A DNA stretch of 43,585 nucleotides from Octopus bimaculoides (Eukaryota). Of this stretch, positions 12,297 to 24,317 are shown one piece after another; position 1 is the stretch's first letter; each line of letters begins with the position of its first letter. A program made the position numbers and the translations under genes. The notes beneath the pieces are model-generated. The model was not told the DNA's origin. It made no database searches and saw only the letters and a program-made list of their open reading frames with translations. The stretch is from assembly GCF_001194135.2 (NCBI RefSeq), contig NC_068983.1:31021526-31065110 (forward strand), in the 5' to 3' direction.

Positions 12297-12514
12297 GGCG
12301 GTGAGCTGGCAGAATCGTTAGCACGCCGGGCGAAATGCTTACCGATATTTCGTCTGTCTTTACTTTCTGAGTTCAAATTCCGCCGAGGTCGACTTTGCCC
12401 TTCATCCTTTCGGGGTCGATAAATTAAGTACCAGTTGCGTACTGGGGTCGAACTAATCGACTGGCCCCTTCCCCCAAAATTTCGGGCCTTGTGCCTAGAG
12501 TAGAAAAGAATAAT
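12297..12514 (+). mobile_element. SINE family B with TSD, alternative 3' tail
   Basis: Same head as the 6678 copy. Flanks aaactaagttt (12285-12295) and aaaccaagttt (12515-12525). Confidence 0.85.
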
Positions 12515-13049
12515 AAACCAAGTTTTTTCATTTAATATACTTTTTTCTTAAGGTTATGTTTTTGATTGGTTAGTGAAGTAGATTTACTGTGTTCTTGAGT
12601 TTAAAAGAGTTCAGATGTACTGAGTATCGATGTTAAAAGTTAACAGTAGCTCCAATGTAAATTTTGATAGAGTTTTGCTGTCTGTTAAGGACCGTACACT
12701 TATAAACGACGTTGAAACTTCTGCAATTGGCTTGTAATTGACAATTATTACGTATTTTTAAGTTGCCGTTGGAACCATTCGGTTTAGGATCCTTTTAATC
12801 GTGTATTATTATTGCTATTATTAAAAAATCTATGATAGATTGAGCTAGGTCGACCTGATTCATCCTCTTTGCATGTGCTATATTCAAAGTGTTGTCAGTA
12901 TTATTCAAGTCATTAACCGTATTAGAAGTACTGGTGATAGAATGAGAAGATGCCCGATCCCTTGAAAGTTGGTAAACGCAACGCCCTTTGTCGTGGTTGC
13001 TAGTGTGACTACTATTATTACAACTAGTACTATTGTTATTATCGTTATT

Positions 13050-13132
13050 ACTAGCACGCCGGACAAAATGCTTAACTGAATTTCGTCCGTCTTTACGTTC
13101 TGAATTAAAATGCCGGCCAAGGTCGACTTTAC
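13050..13132 (+). mobile_element. SINE family B fragment
   Basis: tagcacgccggacaaaatgctta...caaggtcgacttt. Confidence 0.7.
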
Positions 13133-13496
13133 CATCTCTTATAATCAATGTTCCAACTATGACTATCTCATTTAATTGGAAGGTATCTAGAACTACAATA
13201 TATAATCTGCATTCATACCTTTTTAAAGACATTGAGGCTTCAATTGATGGCGGGGCTGTGTCCATGGAATTTACAGGTCCCCTAAGACCAATACGATTAA
13301 TGGACTTAATATTCCTCCTGGACCATTGCAAATCAACACGGCGGAAAATGCATGGGCGGGCAGCTATTATTTCTGCCTTTGATGTGCAAGTAAGAAGAAT
13401 GAAAATAAAAGGATTTATTTTCAAGTTGAAATCATATTGTCACTTTTATCATCGGCACCTTATCGGCTTGACTATTCCCTGAGTATTGATCTATAT

Positions 13497-13654
13497 CTTA
13501 TTTCTTTATTGCCCACAAGGGACTAAACATAGAGGGGACAAACAAGGACAGATGAAAGGCAAAATCGACCGCGGCAGAATTTGAACTCAGAACGTAACGG
13601 CAGACGAAATACCACTAAGCATTTCGCCCGGCGTGCTAACGTTTCTGCCAGCTC
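13497..13654 (-). mobile_element. SINE family B, internally deleted
   Basis: Reverse complement of the 6678 copy's head and tail. Confidence 0.8.
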
Positions 13655-13684
13655 ATATCTATTAATGTAATTGGCAACGTGTTT

Positions 13685-13723
<39 letters not shown>

Positions 13724-14335
13724 NNNNNNNNNNNNNNNNNNNNNNNNNNNNNNNNNNNNNNNNNNNNNNNNNNNNNNNNNNNNNNNNNNNNNNNNNNNNN
13801 NNNNNNNNNNNNNNNNNNNNNNNNNNNNNNNNNNNNNNNNNTCTCCCTCAACCCTCTCCCTCTCTCTCTCTCTCTCTCCCTCTCTCTCTCTCTTTCCGTC
13901 CCACAAAGGGAGACAGCTCTAGTATTAATGAGTTTATCTCTCTTAATTACTGTAAACTAACTAGAGTTTTATCATAAGATGGGTAATGTTATGAACATAG
14001 TGTTGCCACAGTGAGTGATATCAAGTAATATTAATAATATTACCTCTATAATAAACTGATACTTAAACAATATTATTCTTGTTGATAGCATATGCTTAGT
14101 GCAAGTATCCAAATAAGAAATATTTTTATCTAATTCTATTGTAATTTGATAAATATTTTTTTCATTTTAAAAATTAGCATTCATTTCTTTATTTTTGTAT
14201 AAACACCATGAAATCTGAATAAACTAAAATCATTATCATAGTAACAATATAATACTGCTTGTCATATGACAAGTAACAGCCAAATGCATAAATGTTTTAA
14301 TTATAACTTTTTCCCTTCCAGTTACTACACTCAAA

Positions 14336-14379
14336 ATGTTTCAACGTAGAATTTTTGTCACCGGTGGAGCTGGTTTTGT
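14336..14379 (+). CDS. TGDS: TGDS coding exon 1 ([15 protein letters not shown])
   Basis: ATG at 14336 in context caaaATG; Rossmann motif start; donor GT|GTAAGT. Preceded by acceptor ttcccttccAG at 14320-14321. Confidence 0.93.
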
Positions 14380-17112
14380 GTAAGTTATGTTTTTAATTCC
14401 TCTTCTTGTAAAATATTTATATTTGCTGTTCAGCAGTCAGTGTAACGTCTATAAGAATAGATCAAAATTCAATAACATTTTACTCTATCAATAACATTAA
14501 CACAGAACTTTTTCTCTATGTCATACTGTATATTGGTATCTTTAATTAATTTTAATAAATTTAAATTCTGAAGTTGTCTCCCCTACTTTTCTTGGCTAGA
14601 ATTAATCACGAAAATAATTATTCTTCTCCTCAATACTAGGAGTATGCTCATGATTAATTAAAATATCTTGGTTCACCTCAGTTTGATTATCTACCTGTAG
14701 TTCAATGGCAAGCTGTAGATAGAGAAACAAGATGTACTGAATATCATCATTATACAAATCTGAAAATGTCTTATAAATGAATGACGTATTTAAACCACAG
14801 TATATTATGGTTATATATGTACTTGTCTCCAAACTGATGAATGTACTCTATGTGGCTGCTCATGCTGCTCAAAACATCATGTCTTTTAATCTGTCTAAAG
14901 TATTCGATAGGACTGACAATCATGATCTGGAAGCTGCACTGAAAGTGGTTAGTTTCAGTTTTGTCTTCAGAGGCTGGATAACTACTATTCACGTTAGCAT
15001 CTTCTTGATCATTAAGGTAACGGCCACTTCTCAGAGCCGTTTGGTATCACTCGCTCAGTGATGGCCATGGATGGCCCTTTTGCCTCTTCTGCTCATCCGG
15101 GTTCTCAAGCCATCGATGCAGAAGCTGGAGCTGCTGAGGGACATCCCCTTTGAACCAGAACAGCATGGAAGGGCTTTGTTAGTGTATGCAAATGATGTTA
15201 CAATTAGGATATCAGACACCGCCAAAGTGGAGGCAGCTGGCTCCATGTTGAAGGAATATGATGGTGCCCGGAGCAAAATTAAATCCAAACAAACCAGTGG
15301 GTTTGCTGCTTCAAACCTGAAGAGGCAAGTCCATGACGTTGGATGGTATTGTAAAGCGCCGGGCTGATGGACTGGTTAAACTGCTTGGGGTCTGATTTGG
15401 TCCATAACTTCCAGATGGACCGGAACTGGGACAAGATGACAAGTAGTGTTGGCTTGATATACTGTGACTGCTGCTATACAGACATGCACTCTGGCTGCAC
15501 CACATGCAAGGGTTTCTAGATGGTGGGCCTGTGAAGTTACCTTTCATGACAGAGTTGCAATCCTGGGTGAACCAAAGGCCAAGATTAGCCTGGCACCTTG
15601 TGTATAGTCAGGTGCTCCCCACTCTCTATTGGTCAGGCAGAAGGATCAGTGGAAATTCCATTCTAGTAATTTGTAGAAAGTTAGTGGAAGGAAGCGTGAT
15701 GATGTTCTCGGAGAAATCTGGGAATAGACGTGACGAACGTATCAGTCTGTTTTGGAGTACTTTTCTGACTGGATATGCTAATGGGTAATTTTCAGAAGTC
15801 CCTAACCTGGCAGATCTGCTCGGAGAGTGACACTGCTTGTTTGAGATATACTTTACAAGCATAGAAGTGCCGTCAGATGAACCTATCTAAGGAATGCACA
15901 GAGAGATGAAACCATTCTGCACACACTCGTTCAGCATTTAGGAATTGCTGACTTGCGGATTTATGTTGAACAGCTGCTGATGTATGTGGGATAGATGCAG
16001 CTGTCAGTCAAGTCCTTTCTGAGGATTGATCCACTGCCTCCCATTAGCCGGGTAAGGAAGGCAATCTTCCTCTGCATGGTTGCTGTTGCAAAAGAAGTTG
16101 TGTGGTGGACAAAGTTGAAAGGTCTAAGGACAAACGTTTGTTGATTTTTTTCAAGTTTCATTTGAAATGGAATGCGAAAATGAAGAGGGAGGTGATGTCC
16201 ACAAGCAAGTTTTCTGAAAGGTGAGTAAGAGTCGCACAAATGACCAGTGTGGACTGGAACACTCTAAGATTACACCTGTCGGTCAGAGAATAACTGTTGG
16301 AGAAGGCACTTGCATTGCTATTCCCGATGATCTTGGATTTGTGGGTTCCTGAATTGGCCTTAGATGGATGCCCTGCTGTATCCAGAGGATTGCTCTGTCA
16401 TCATCATATTTAAATACATTTATTTTTATTTCAATTTATTTTTTAAATCATTCTATTTTACATAAATCCCCACAGTTTATGCCTGTCTTTGTCTCATCAA
16501 ACTCATCTGTCAACCTAATGCTTAGTGCCATTTTTACCTACGTTTTACATTCTAAGTTCAAATATCTCCGAGACCAACCTTGCTTTCACCCTTTTGGGAT
16601 CGGTTGATGTAGTCAACTAATCCAATCCCCCTAAAATTGCTGGCTTTGTGCCAAAATTTGAAATAATTATTGATATTTTCTTTTATTTCTGTAGTGGCAG
16701 CCATATTGTGATTCATTTTGTGGAGAAATATCCAGAATACTATATTGTTAATTACGATAAAGTAAGAACTGTTTTCTTCTATTTTATAAGGAAAACTCAA
16801 ATTACTTTCTGTCTCACCTCTTTGACTTTCTAAATATGGATGGATGGATGGATGGATGGATGGATGTTTATGCATGTATGTATTTATTTATGTAATTTTT
16901 TTTCTTTTTACAGATGAATTACTGTTCTTCATTGAAACCTCTTGAGCATCTTTGCACAAAACCCAACTACAAATTTATTGCGGTAAGTGATGCCATGAAT
17001 AATTTAACTTACACAAAATAAATTACTTCATCTTCCACCACACATACACACACACACACACTCACACACACAGGTACGCACGCACGCACACACACACATA
17101 GACGTACGTACG

Positions 17113-17150
<38 letters not shown>

Positions 17151-19264
17151 CGTACGCACACACGCACGCACACACACACACACACACAGTACCTACCTAC
17201 AGTTAGGTAGACTAAACACCAACTGTTAATCTATAGGGAATTTCAAAGAAGAGCTTAATGGCAATGATATAGAAGAAACATTAGTGTATTGGCTGAAATG
17301 CCTTGACATTTATTCTGGTTCTGAGATCAATTGCTACGAAAGTCATCTTTCAGTGTCAATGAAGCATGAACCTTCGGTTGTGGACCAGTAGAGTCATTAG
17401 AGTGTCAGATGAGCTGCTTTGCAATGTCTGTTCTTGCTGTTTGCATTCTTCAGTTCAAATTCTGCTGTGGCCTATTCATGTGGTTGACATAATCCATCAC
17501 CCAGTCTAACACCATCATTTAATCCTTGAAACCTTTTAGTGGAATCCACTCTGTTGCAAGCATTCAGGCTAAGGTTCTGGTTTCATGATATACATCTTTT
17601 CTTTCCTTCCTTTAGTCTTGGGGGTTTTATGAAGGGTCATGGGAACTGCTCTTCCCTCATGACTAAGCGATAAAAAAAAGAGTGAAACTGAGTGAATGGA
17701 GAGTATGAAATTCATTGAGATGGATTCTCCCAGCCTTGTTATACAGTGTAATGCTATTTCTGTATAATAAGGTTTTGAAAAAGGCCGTGAAGATTGCACT
17801 TCTTCCTGACTAAGTGATAAAAAAAATAAGTGCAGTTGCCACAAGGAGAGAAGAATCTTACAATTCAAGCTTTTACTCTTTATCTTAAAGTGAAGAAGAA
17901 TGTGAAAGTGGTGTTGTTACTTTGATTGTAAACTTGTAAGCCATTTGTTCTCCTCATACATATATCCAATTAAATCAACCCAGTTCAAATCTCTGATGTT
18001 ATAACTAAAATTTTGATTTTTTTGTTACTTTGTTTCAGGGAGATATTTGTGATCCTCGAACTGTATACAATGCACTTAAAAAACACAACATTGACACTAT
18101 CCTCCATCTTGCTGCTGAATCGCATGTTGGTAAGTGGATATTTTTTTAAAACAAAACATCTACAGGTAAAACAATAGTTAAGATTGTGTTGACATATTTA
18201 ATGTCTGTCTATTCTGTGGACCGTGGATGCGCAATGGTCCAGTGGTTAGGGCAGCGGACTCGCGGTTATAGGATCGCGGTTTCGATTCCCAGACCGGGCG
18301 TTGTGAGTGTTTATTGAGCGAAAACACCTAAAAGCTCCGCGAGGCTCCGGCAGGGGATGGTGGCGAACCCTGCTGTACTCTTTGACCACAACTTTCTCTC
18401 ACTCTTACTTCCTGTTTCTGTTGTGCCTGTAATTCAAAGGGTCAGCCTTGTCACGCTGAATATCCCCGAGAACTACGTTAAGGGTACACGTGTCTGTGGC
18501 GTGCTCAGCCACTTGCACGTTAATTTCACGAGCAGACTGTTCAGTTGATCGGATCAACTGGAACCCTCGATGTCGTAAGCGACGGATTGCCAACAACAAC
18601 TATTCTGTGGACCAATTAGAAGATCATAAATAGAATTTCTGAAAGACTCCCAAGATGCTTACATGCATATAAATGCATTTTCGCACAATGCAGTGGGAAT
18701 GTATTTGAGTAACCGTTAACTTAATTAAAAATCATAATTCACTTTAAGGTATAGATGAATTAAATTTAGCTCTAACATCCCCATTCTTATAAACACCAAG
18801 CAGCTATTCAATTCGTTATGCGAACAAATGTGCTCTAAACCGTGCGTATGCTTACATCTTTGTGAATGTTTATATGAGCGAGTGTACATACACCATTGAA
18901 CCTATGCAGGGGCGTTTATACATCCATATCCTTTAACGTTGATATATTTAATACTTTTCTCGTTGTATTGTGAGTTCGTTTCTTTTTTGCATCTGTTATT
19001 TTTTTATTATTGCTCTTCTATACAAATGAAGCCATATCCTTTAATTTGCTGCTTTTCTTGACACGAACTGAGATGATACCTAACAAGACAGTTATTTTAA
19101 CGAGTTATATCTATTTATCACCCGAAGAGACATATCTACACTGCCTGATGCTCCTGAACCAGTTGTTAAGTATCCCATGAGGGATCGATGCCAGATGGGT
19201 TGAAACAATTCTAGTGATTAATAAAAATTCTCGTATTTTCCATCTTCCGTCTCTCATTAACCAA

Positions 19265-19344
<80 letters not shown>

Positions 19345-22300
19345 TATTTGTTTGACTGACAATGCGACCAATAGCTTCATGTGGAAGTGATTTCCAAAAT
19401 CTTCAAGCGATTCACATAAAAACGCTGGTAATCACCTCCATGTTGAATGAGAATTGAGAATGTGCAAAGTTATACAAGTAAATGCAGGACTTCAGAATGA
19501 ATACACAGATCAGCGAAGGTAACTTATTAGGATTTTCAATTGTTATTTCTCATGCATTGGCTATGGCTTATTGCAAAAATTTGGGTTCACCATAGCTTAA
19601 TTCATAACCTTGTGTGAGAACGTTCATGCATGCCATATTTATAAATATATATAAATACATCCAACATGCATTTTGTTGAGGTTTGACCATGTGCACCTTA
19701 TTATTTATGACGTTTCACATGTCACACATGCAGCATTTTTATTCAAAAGACCCTTAAAGAGGGGGCGCGGATACCCCTTGTATGGATTGGAGCATCATAG
19801 CTAGGACCATCAAATATAAAGGGCAAGGCAGCAGATTAAATCTGTGTATCACAGAGTGTTACTCGAGTGCCGATGTGTTGGTGCCACTACACATTCAACA
19901 GTAACACTCCAAAGTATCATCTTCCCTATTTGTCTTCCCTTTCTCTTTCGAGAAATGACGTGGCTATGAACTGACCGTGTTATTGTACCGGGCCCATCTC
20001 TCAAACCGAGTCACCTTTGCTGTCAGAGACCGATCGACCAGTGTCCGTTTTCTTGTGGACACTGGTGCAGGGGGAAGCATCCTACCATCTACTCGTGTAC
20101 AAGGTAACAAGAAACTATTATCAATCTTTCTCGATACCAATTGCAATCTTTGGAGAAAGATCGACGATCCTGAATCTCAGTCTCAGAAGAGCTTTCAAAT
20201 AGTTTTTTTACAGTCGCTAAATTCCCGGCTCCAATTCTTGGAACTGATTTTTGGCGTCATTTCGTCCTTTTAGGAGATGATCGTTCAGTCACCACTCATT
20301 CTGTGATTGTACCGTCACATGTGGACCACAGTTTTTTTTTCCAAACCACGTAGACTTGCTCCTTTTCGGACTAAGGTTGCGAAAGCAGAGTTCGAACATA
20401 AGTGTAGCAGCACAGTTCGTCCATCCAGTAGCAATTGGTCCCCACCTTTTCATATGATCCCCAAAACATCTTTAGAAGACTTGCAGACCTGTAGTGACTA
20501 TTGACATTCTAAACACAAACGAAACACAAGTACCTCATGTGCAGGAGTTTCCTGCCAATCTACATGATGCTACCGTGTTTTTAAAAATTGATTTGGTCCG
20601 AGAATACAATTAAATACCCAGAGCGCCGTAAGATATTCTTAAAATGGCCATTACAACTCCTCTCAGACTTTACGAATTTCCCAAAATTCCATTTGGTGTA
20701 TGTAATGCTTCATCGACTTTCCAGGTTTCACCTATAATATAGTCCAAGGCTTACCCTGCATCTATGCGTTTATCGATGGCCTGCTTGTTGCCAGCACAAA
20801 AGAAAACGACCATGAAAAGTATCTGTAACTATTTTTCAATTGTTTTCCTTGCTATAGCGCCATTATCAGCTCTAGTATATTTATTATCGAGACTTATTTA
20901 AATATTCTGGTATACTGTATCGATGAAAAAAGAATTCGCCTTCTTGACGGTAGAGTTAAATCTATTTTAGATTTTCCACTCCTACATTGTTGGGAAAATT
21001 AAGAGAGTTTATTAGCCTGATCAATTTTTATTGTCCGTTTATTCCCTGCAGTAAGAAACTTCGGCAACCTCTCACAGATGTCCTCCGATATCACACGCAA
21101 AAACCTAGCTTATCGCTCTTCACGATATAGATTCTGATGCCTTTAAAAACTAAGGTTTTTCGCTGACACCAGAATGTTGGTTCATCCCTAGCCTGATGCA
21201 CCACTTTGTTTTTTAACTGATACATCAGATGCTGGTATCGGTGGCTTTCTTCACCAGAGAGTTAACTCAAATCGGCTGAAACGAAATACAGTACATTTAA
21301 CCGAGAACTACTAGCAGCGTACCTCAATGTTAAACATTTTCGACACATGCTGGATGTTGTGTTCTCTGTCTACACTGAACTCAAACCTTTCACATACTCC
21401 ATATATAGCCTGATTGTTACACACAAACCTCTCGCATATCCCATATATAACCTGTTACTCACTGAGGGAAACCCGTCATCTCGATTTTATATCTCAATAC
21501 ATCACGAATATTCATCACGTTAAGGACTCGAATAATTCAGCTCCTGACATACTTTCTTGCGTCCACATTAATGCACTGCATATCGCTGACTTTATCAATC
21601 TCCAAGAGTTAGCTGACGATCAGGTAAAAAGGTGCAAAAAAAGTTCTTCAAACTTAGACATTCTTTCCCTTGTCTCTTTTTCAAACTTCCTCTCTCTTCT
21701 GGCTATATTCGATGAGACATCTCAACTGATCACGAACGTCCTTATGTACCACAGATGCACAGACACTTGAAAAGGGATAGTTTTTTTTTTTGTTTTTGTT
21801 TTCTGTTTTTTGCTCTGCACAATTTATCACGTCCTTGAGCAAATTTCACCGTGAAATTGATAACAGCCTGTTTTGTGTGGGATGGTATCAACAGATATAT
21901 TAGAGAATGGACTAAGTGTTGCTTCCTTTGTCAGAAGCTGCAAGTTCATCAGGGGACGTCTTCAACACTTGAGGCACGTTTTCAACATGTGCACGTTGAC
22001 ATCGTCAAACCACTGCCACCGTCCCAAAATTGCACACATCTCTTGGCCTGTATAGATTGGCTTTCTTGATGGGCAAGTTGCAGCCTGCAGAACTTTCAAA
22101 ATGACATGCCTAACGAAAAGTTAACTTGATTTTTTTAGCAGTGCGTCCTGCCTGATAATGAATCATGTCTCATGCGACCTACTTCTTGAAAAAGGTTGCC
22201 CGTGTCTTCTTTGCGAGACACCACAGAAGAAACGTTAGCTAAAGCTCTACTTCAATATTGGATTGCACGTTTTGGTATACTTGCTATGCTCACAATAAAC

Positions 22301-24139
22301 AGAAGACAGTTCTTTTCTCAGAATTGACATGCCTCTTATGAGTATGTTGTAAACGAGCTTCCACAACTGCTCACCATCCTGCAGCAAACGGTGTGGTGCA
22401 ATTATTCCAAGCGACAACTAAACTCCGCTTTCAGAGCTTACCACAAAAACATCAACTGGGTAGAATAACTACTCCTTATTCGTCTTGGAATTCGTTCCAC
22501 AATCAAAGAAGAAATTAGTGCTACACCAGCCGAACTGATGTGTGGCACAATGCAAACTTTTCCCGGACAAATGGTTCCTCTTGTTTCTTCTCAAGAGTAC
22601 CCGACTTTGCAAATTACATTCATCACTTGAGGAACTACAAGTCAAGTTTGCCATCCGCTACTCTATTTTCTCAGGATGTCACTACCAATTTTCTGCCTGA
22701 TATTCAACAATGGACACGCATTTCTTGTGCGGAACGATACTATTCGACCATTACTTCAACCGCTGTTTTCGAGAAATTTCAAAGTTCTCAGCAGAACGCT
22801 GAATTATTTCGTCCTGGATATCAACGGCAGAAAAGTTCCGGTCAGCATCGACCGCCTAAAGAAAGTTCGCCTTCAGTCTAAAACAACATCAACCCCCACC
22901 AGCTGATCCAACAGCATCAGCATAGTCTTTCACTGATGCCTCCACATCTGCTCCAGTAACAAGAACAAGATAAGGCTGGCAAGTGTTTTAGCCATGTCGC
23001 TATGCCTAACGCAGTAGTTAAATTTTTTTAAACAGTTCCCTCATCAAGATTATACTCATAAACTGATTTCACCTTTTTTCTGCTATCTGAACACATGTAC
23101 AGACATCGACATGTATGCATTTATATACATTTAAGCATTCAGGCACCTAGCACAAACACAACATGAACACAGGCACCTAGCAAACATACATTCATTGCTA
23201 ACAGTACACATAAACTTACCTCGGACAGAAAATGCCAGCCAACTTCAGCTGCTTGTGTTCAGAAGCGTAGAAAATAACTGAATTATACAATCCATATTCA
23301 GATTCTCATGAAAATACAAACAACGTAGAAACACAAAAAAGTTGTCGGTGTCTTCATGCGGTGTATCTTCATAAGATTGTAAACAGGTGTAAATGCATAT
23401 GGTTATGTGCACGTCACTCATGTTCACACATTTGGCTGCACGCACTGACTCGCGTATATACATGTATTCTTAAATCTATCTTCACCGTTCCAAGTATCTT
23501 TAAGTTATACTTTGGCCTAATATTCAAGCTTAGTTTGACCTAGTATTCAAGCTAATATTCAAGTCTAGTTTCTCTTGCATATTTTCCATACTCCTGGCTA
23601 TACAGGCTTTTACATTTCAAGCTTTTGCAGTGTTTATATATATACGACAGCACTGCAATATGCACATAAAATGTCTTTTACCAATAATCCGGTTCTTTTC
23701 AGCTAGATCGCCCCCTCTTCATCTGTGCAATTTAACGAGCACTCCTATTCCTGCATTCACCCATTCTAATGTATATTCCTGTATACAATTCATATCAATA
23801 CTTCTTGCAACTGTTCTCATTTCGTTCAGTTCACTCTTAGCTTTGATTTTCGTGGCAGCTGAGTCTTATTGCAGGAATATTGGCAGATTCCCAAATGCTC
23901 ACAACCTAGAATGTCACCCAAATCACTGTTTTTTTTTTCAGGCATAAAAATAACTGTAAACACCAAAGCAGATTGTTGTCTAGTATTGATCCCATCAGCA
24001 AATAGCTTGATGCCGCCAGCTCGATACTGTCAGGTATTGATGCCGTCAGCAACTTGTTTTATCGTTAGAATTCCAGTCGTTAACATATGTGAATGTCATT
24101 AACAATTTTGTCCTTGGTGTCCTTTCTGTTATAGACCAT

Positions 24140-24171
<32 letters not shown>

Positions 24172-24269
24172 NNNNNNNNNNNNNNNNNNNNNNNNNNNNN
24201 NNNNNNNNNNNNNNNNNNNNNNNNNNNNNNNNNNNNNNNNNNNNNNNNNNNNNNNNNNNNNNNNNNNNN

Positions 24270-24317
<48 letters not shown>

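Noticed and set aside
18223-18300. tRNA gene
   Set aside because: A and B boxes are present but run into a SINE body with tail and TSD, with no clear acceptor stem. The same applies to family A and B heads.
19380-23900. Paired LTRs around the Gypsy pol
   Set aside because: Comparing the flanks by eye gave no convincing direct repeat, PBS or PPT.
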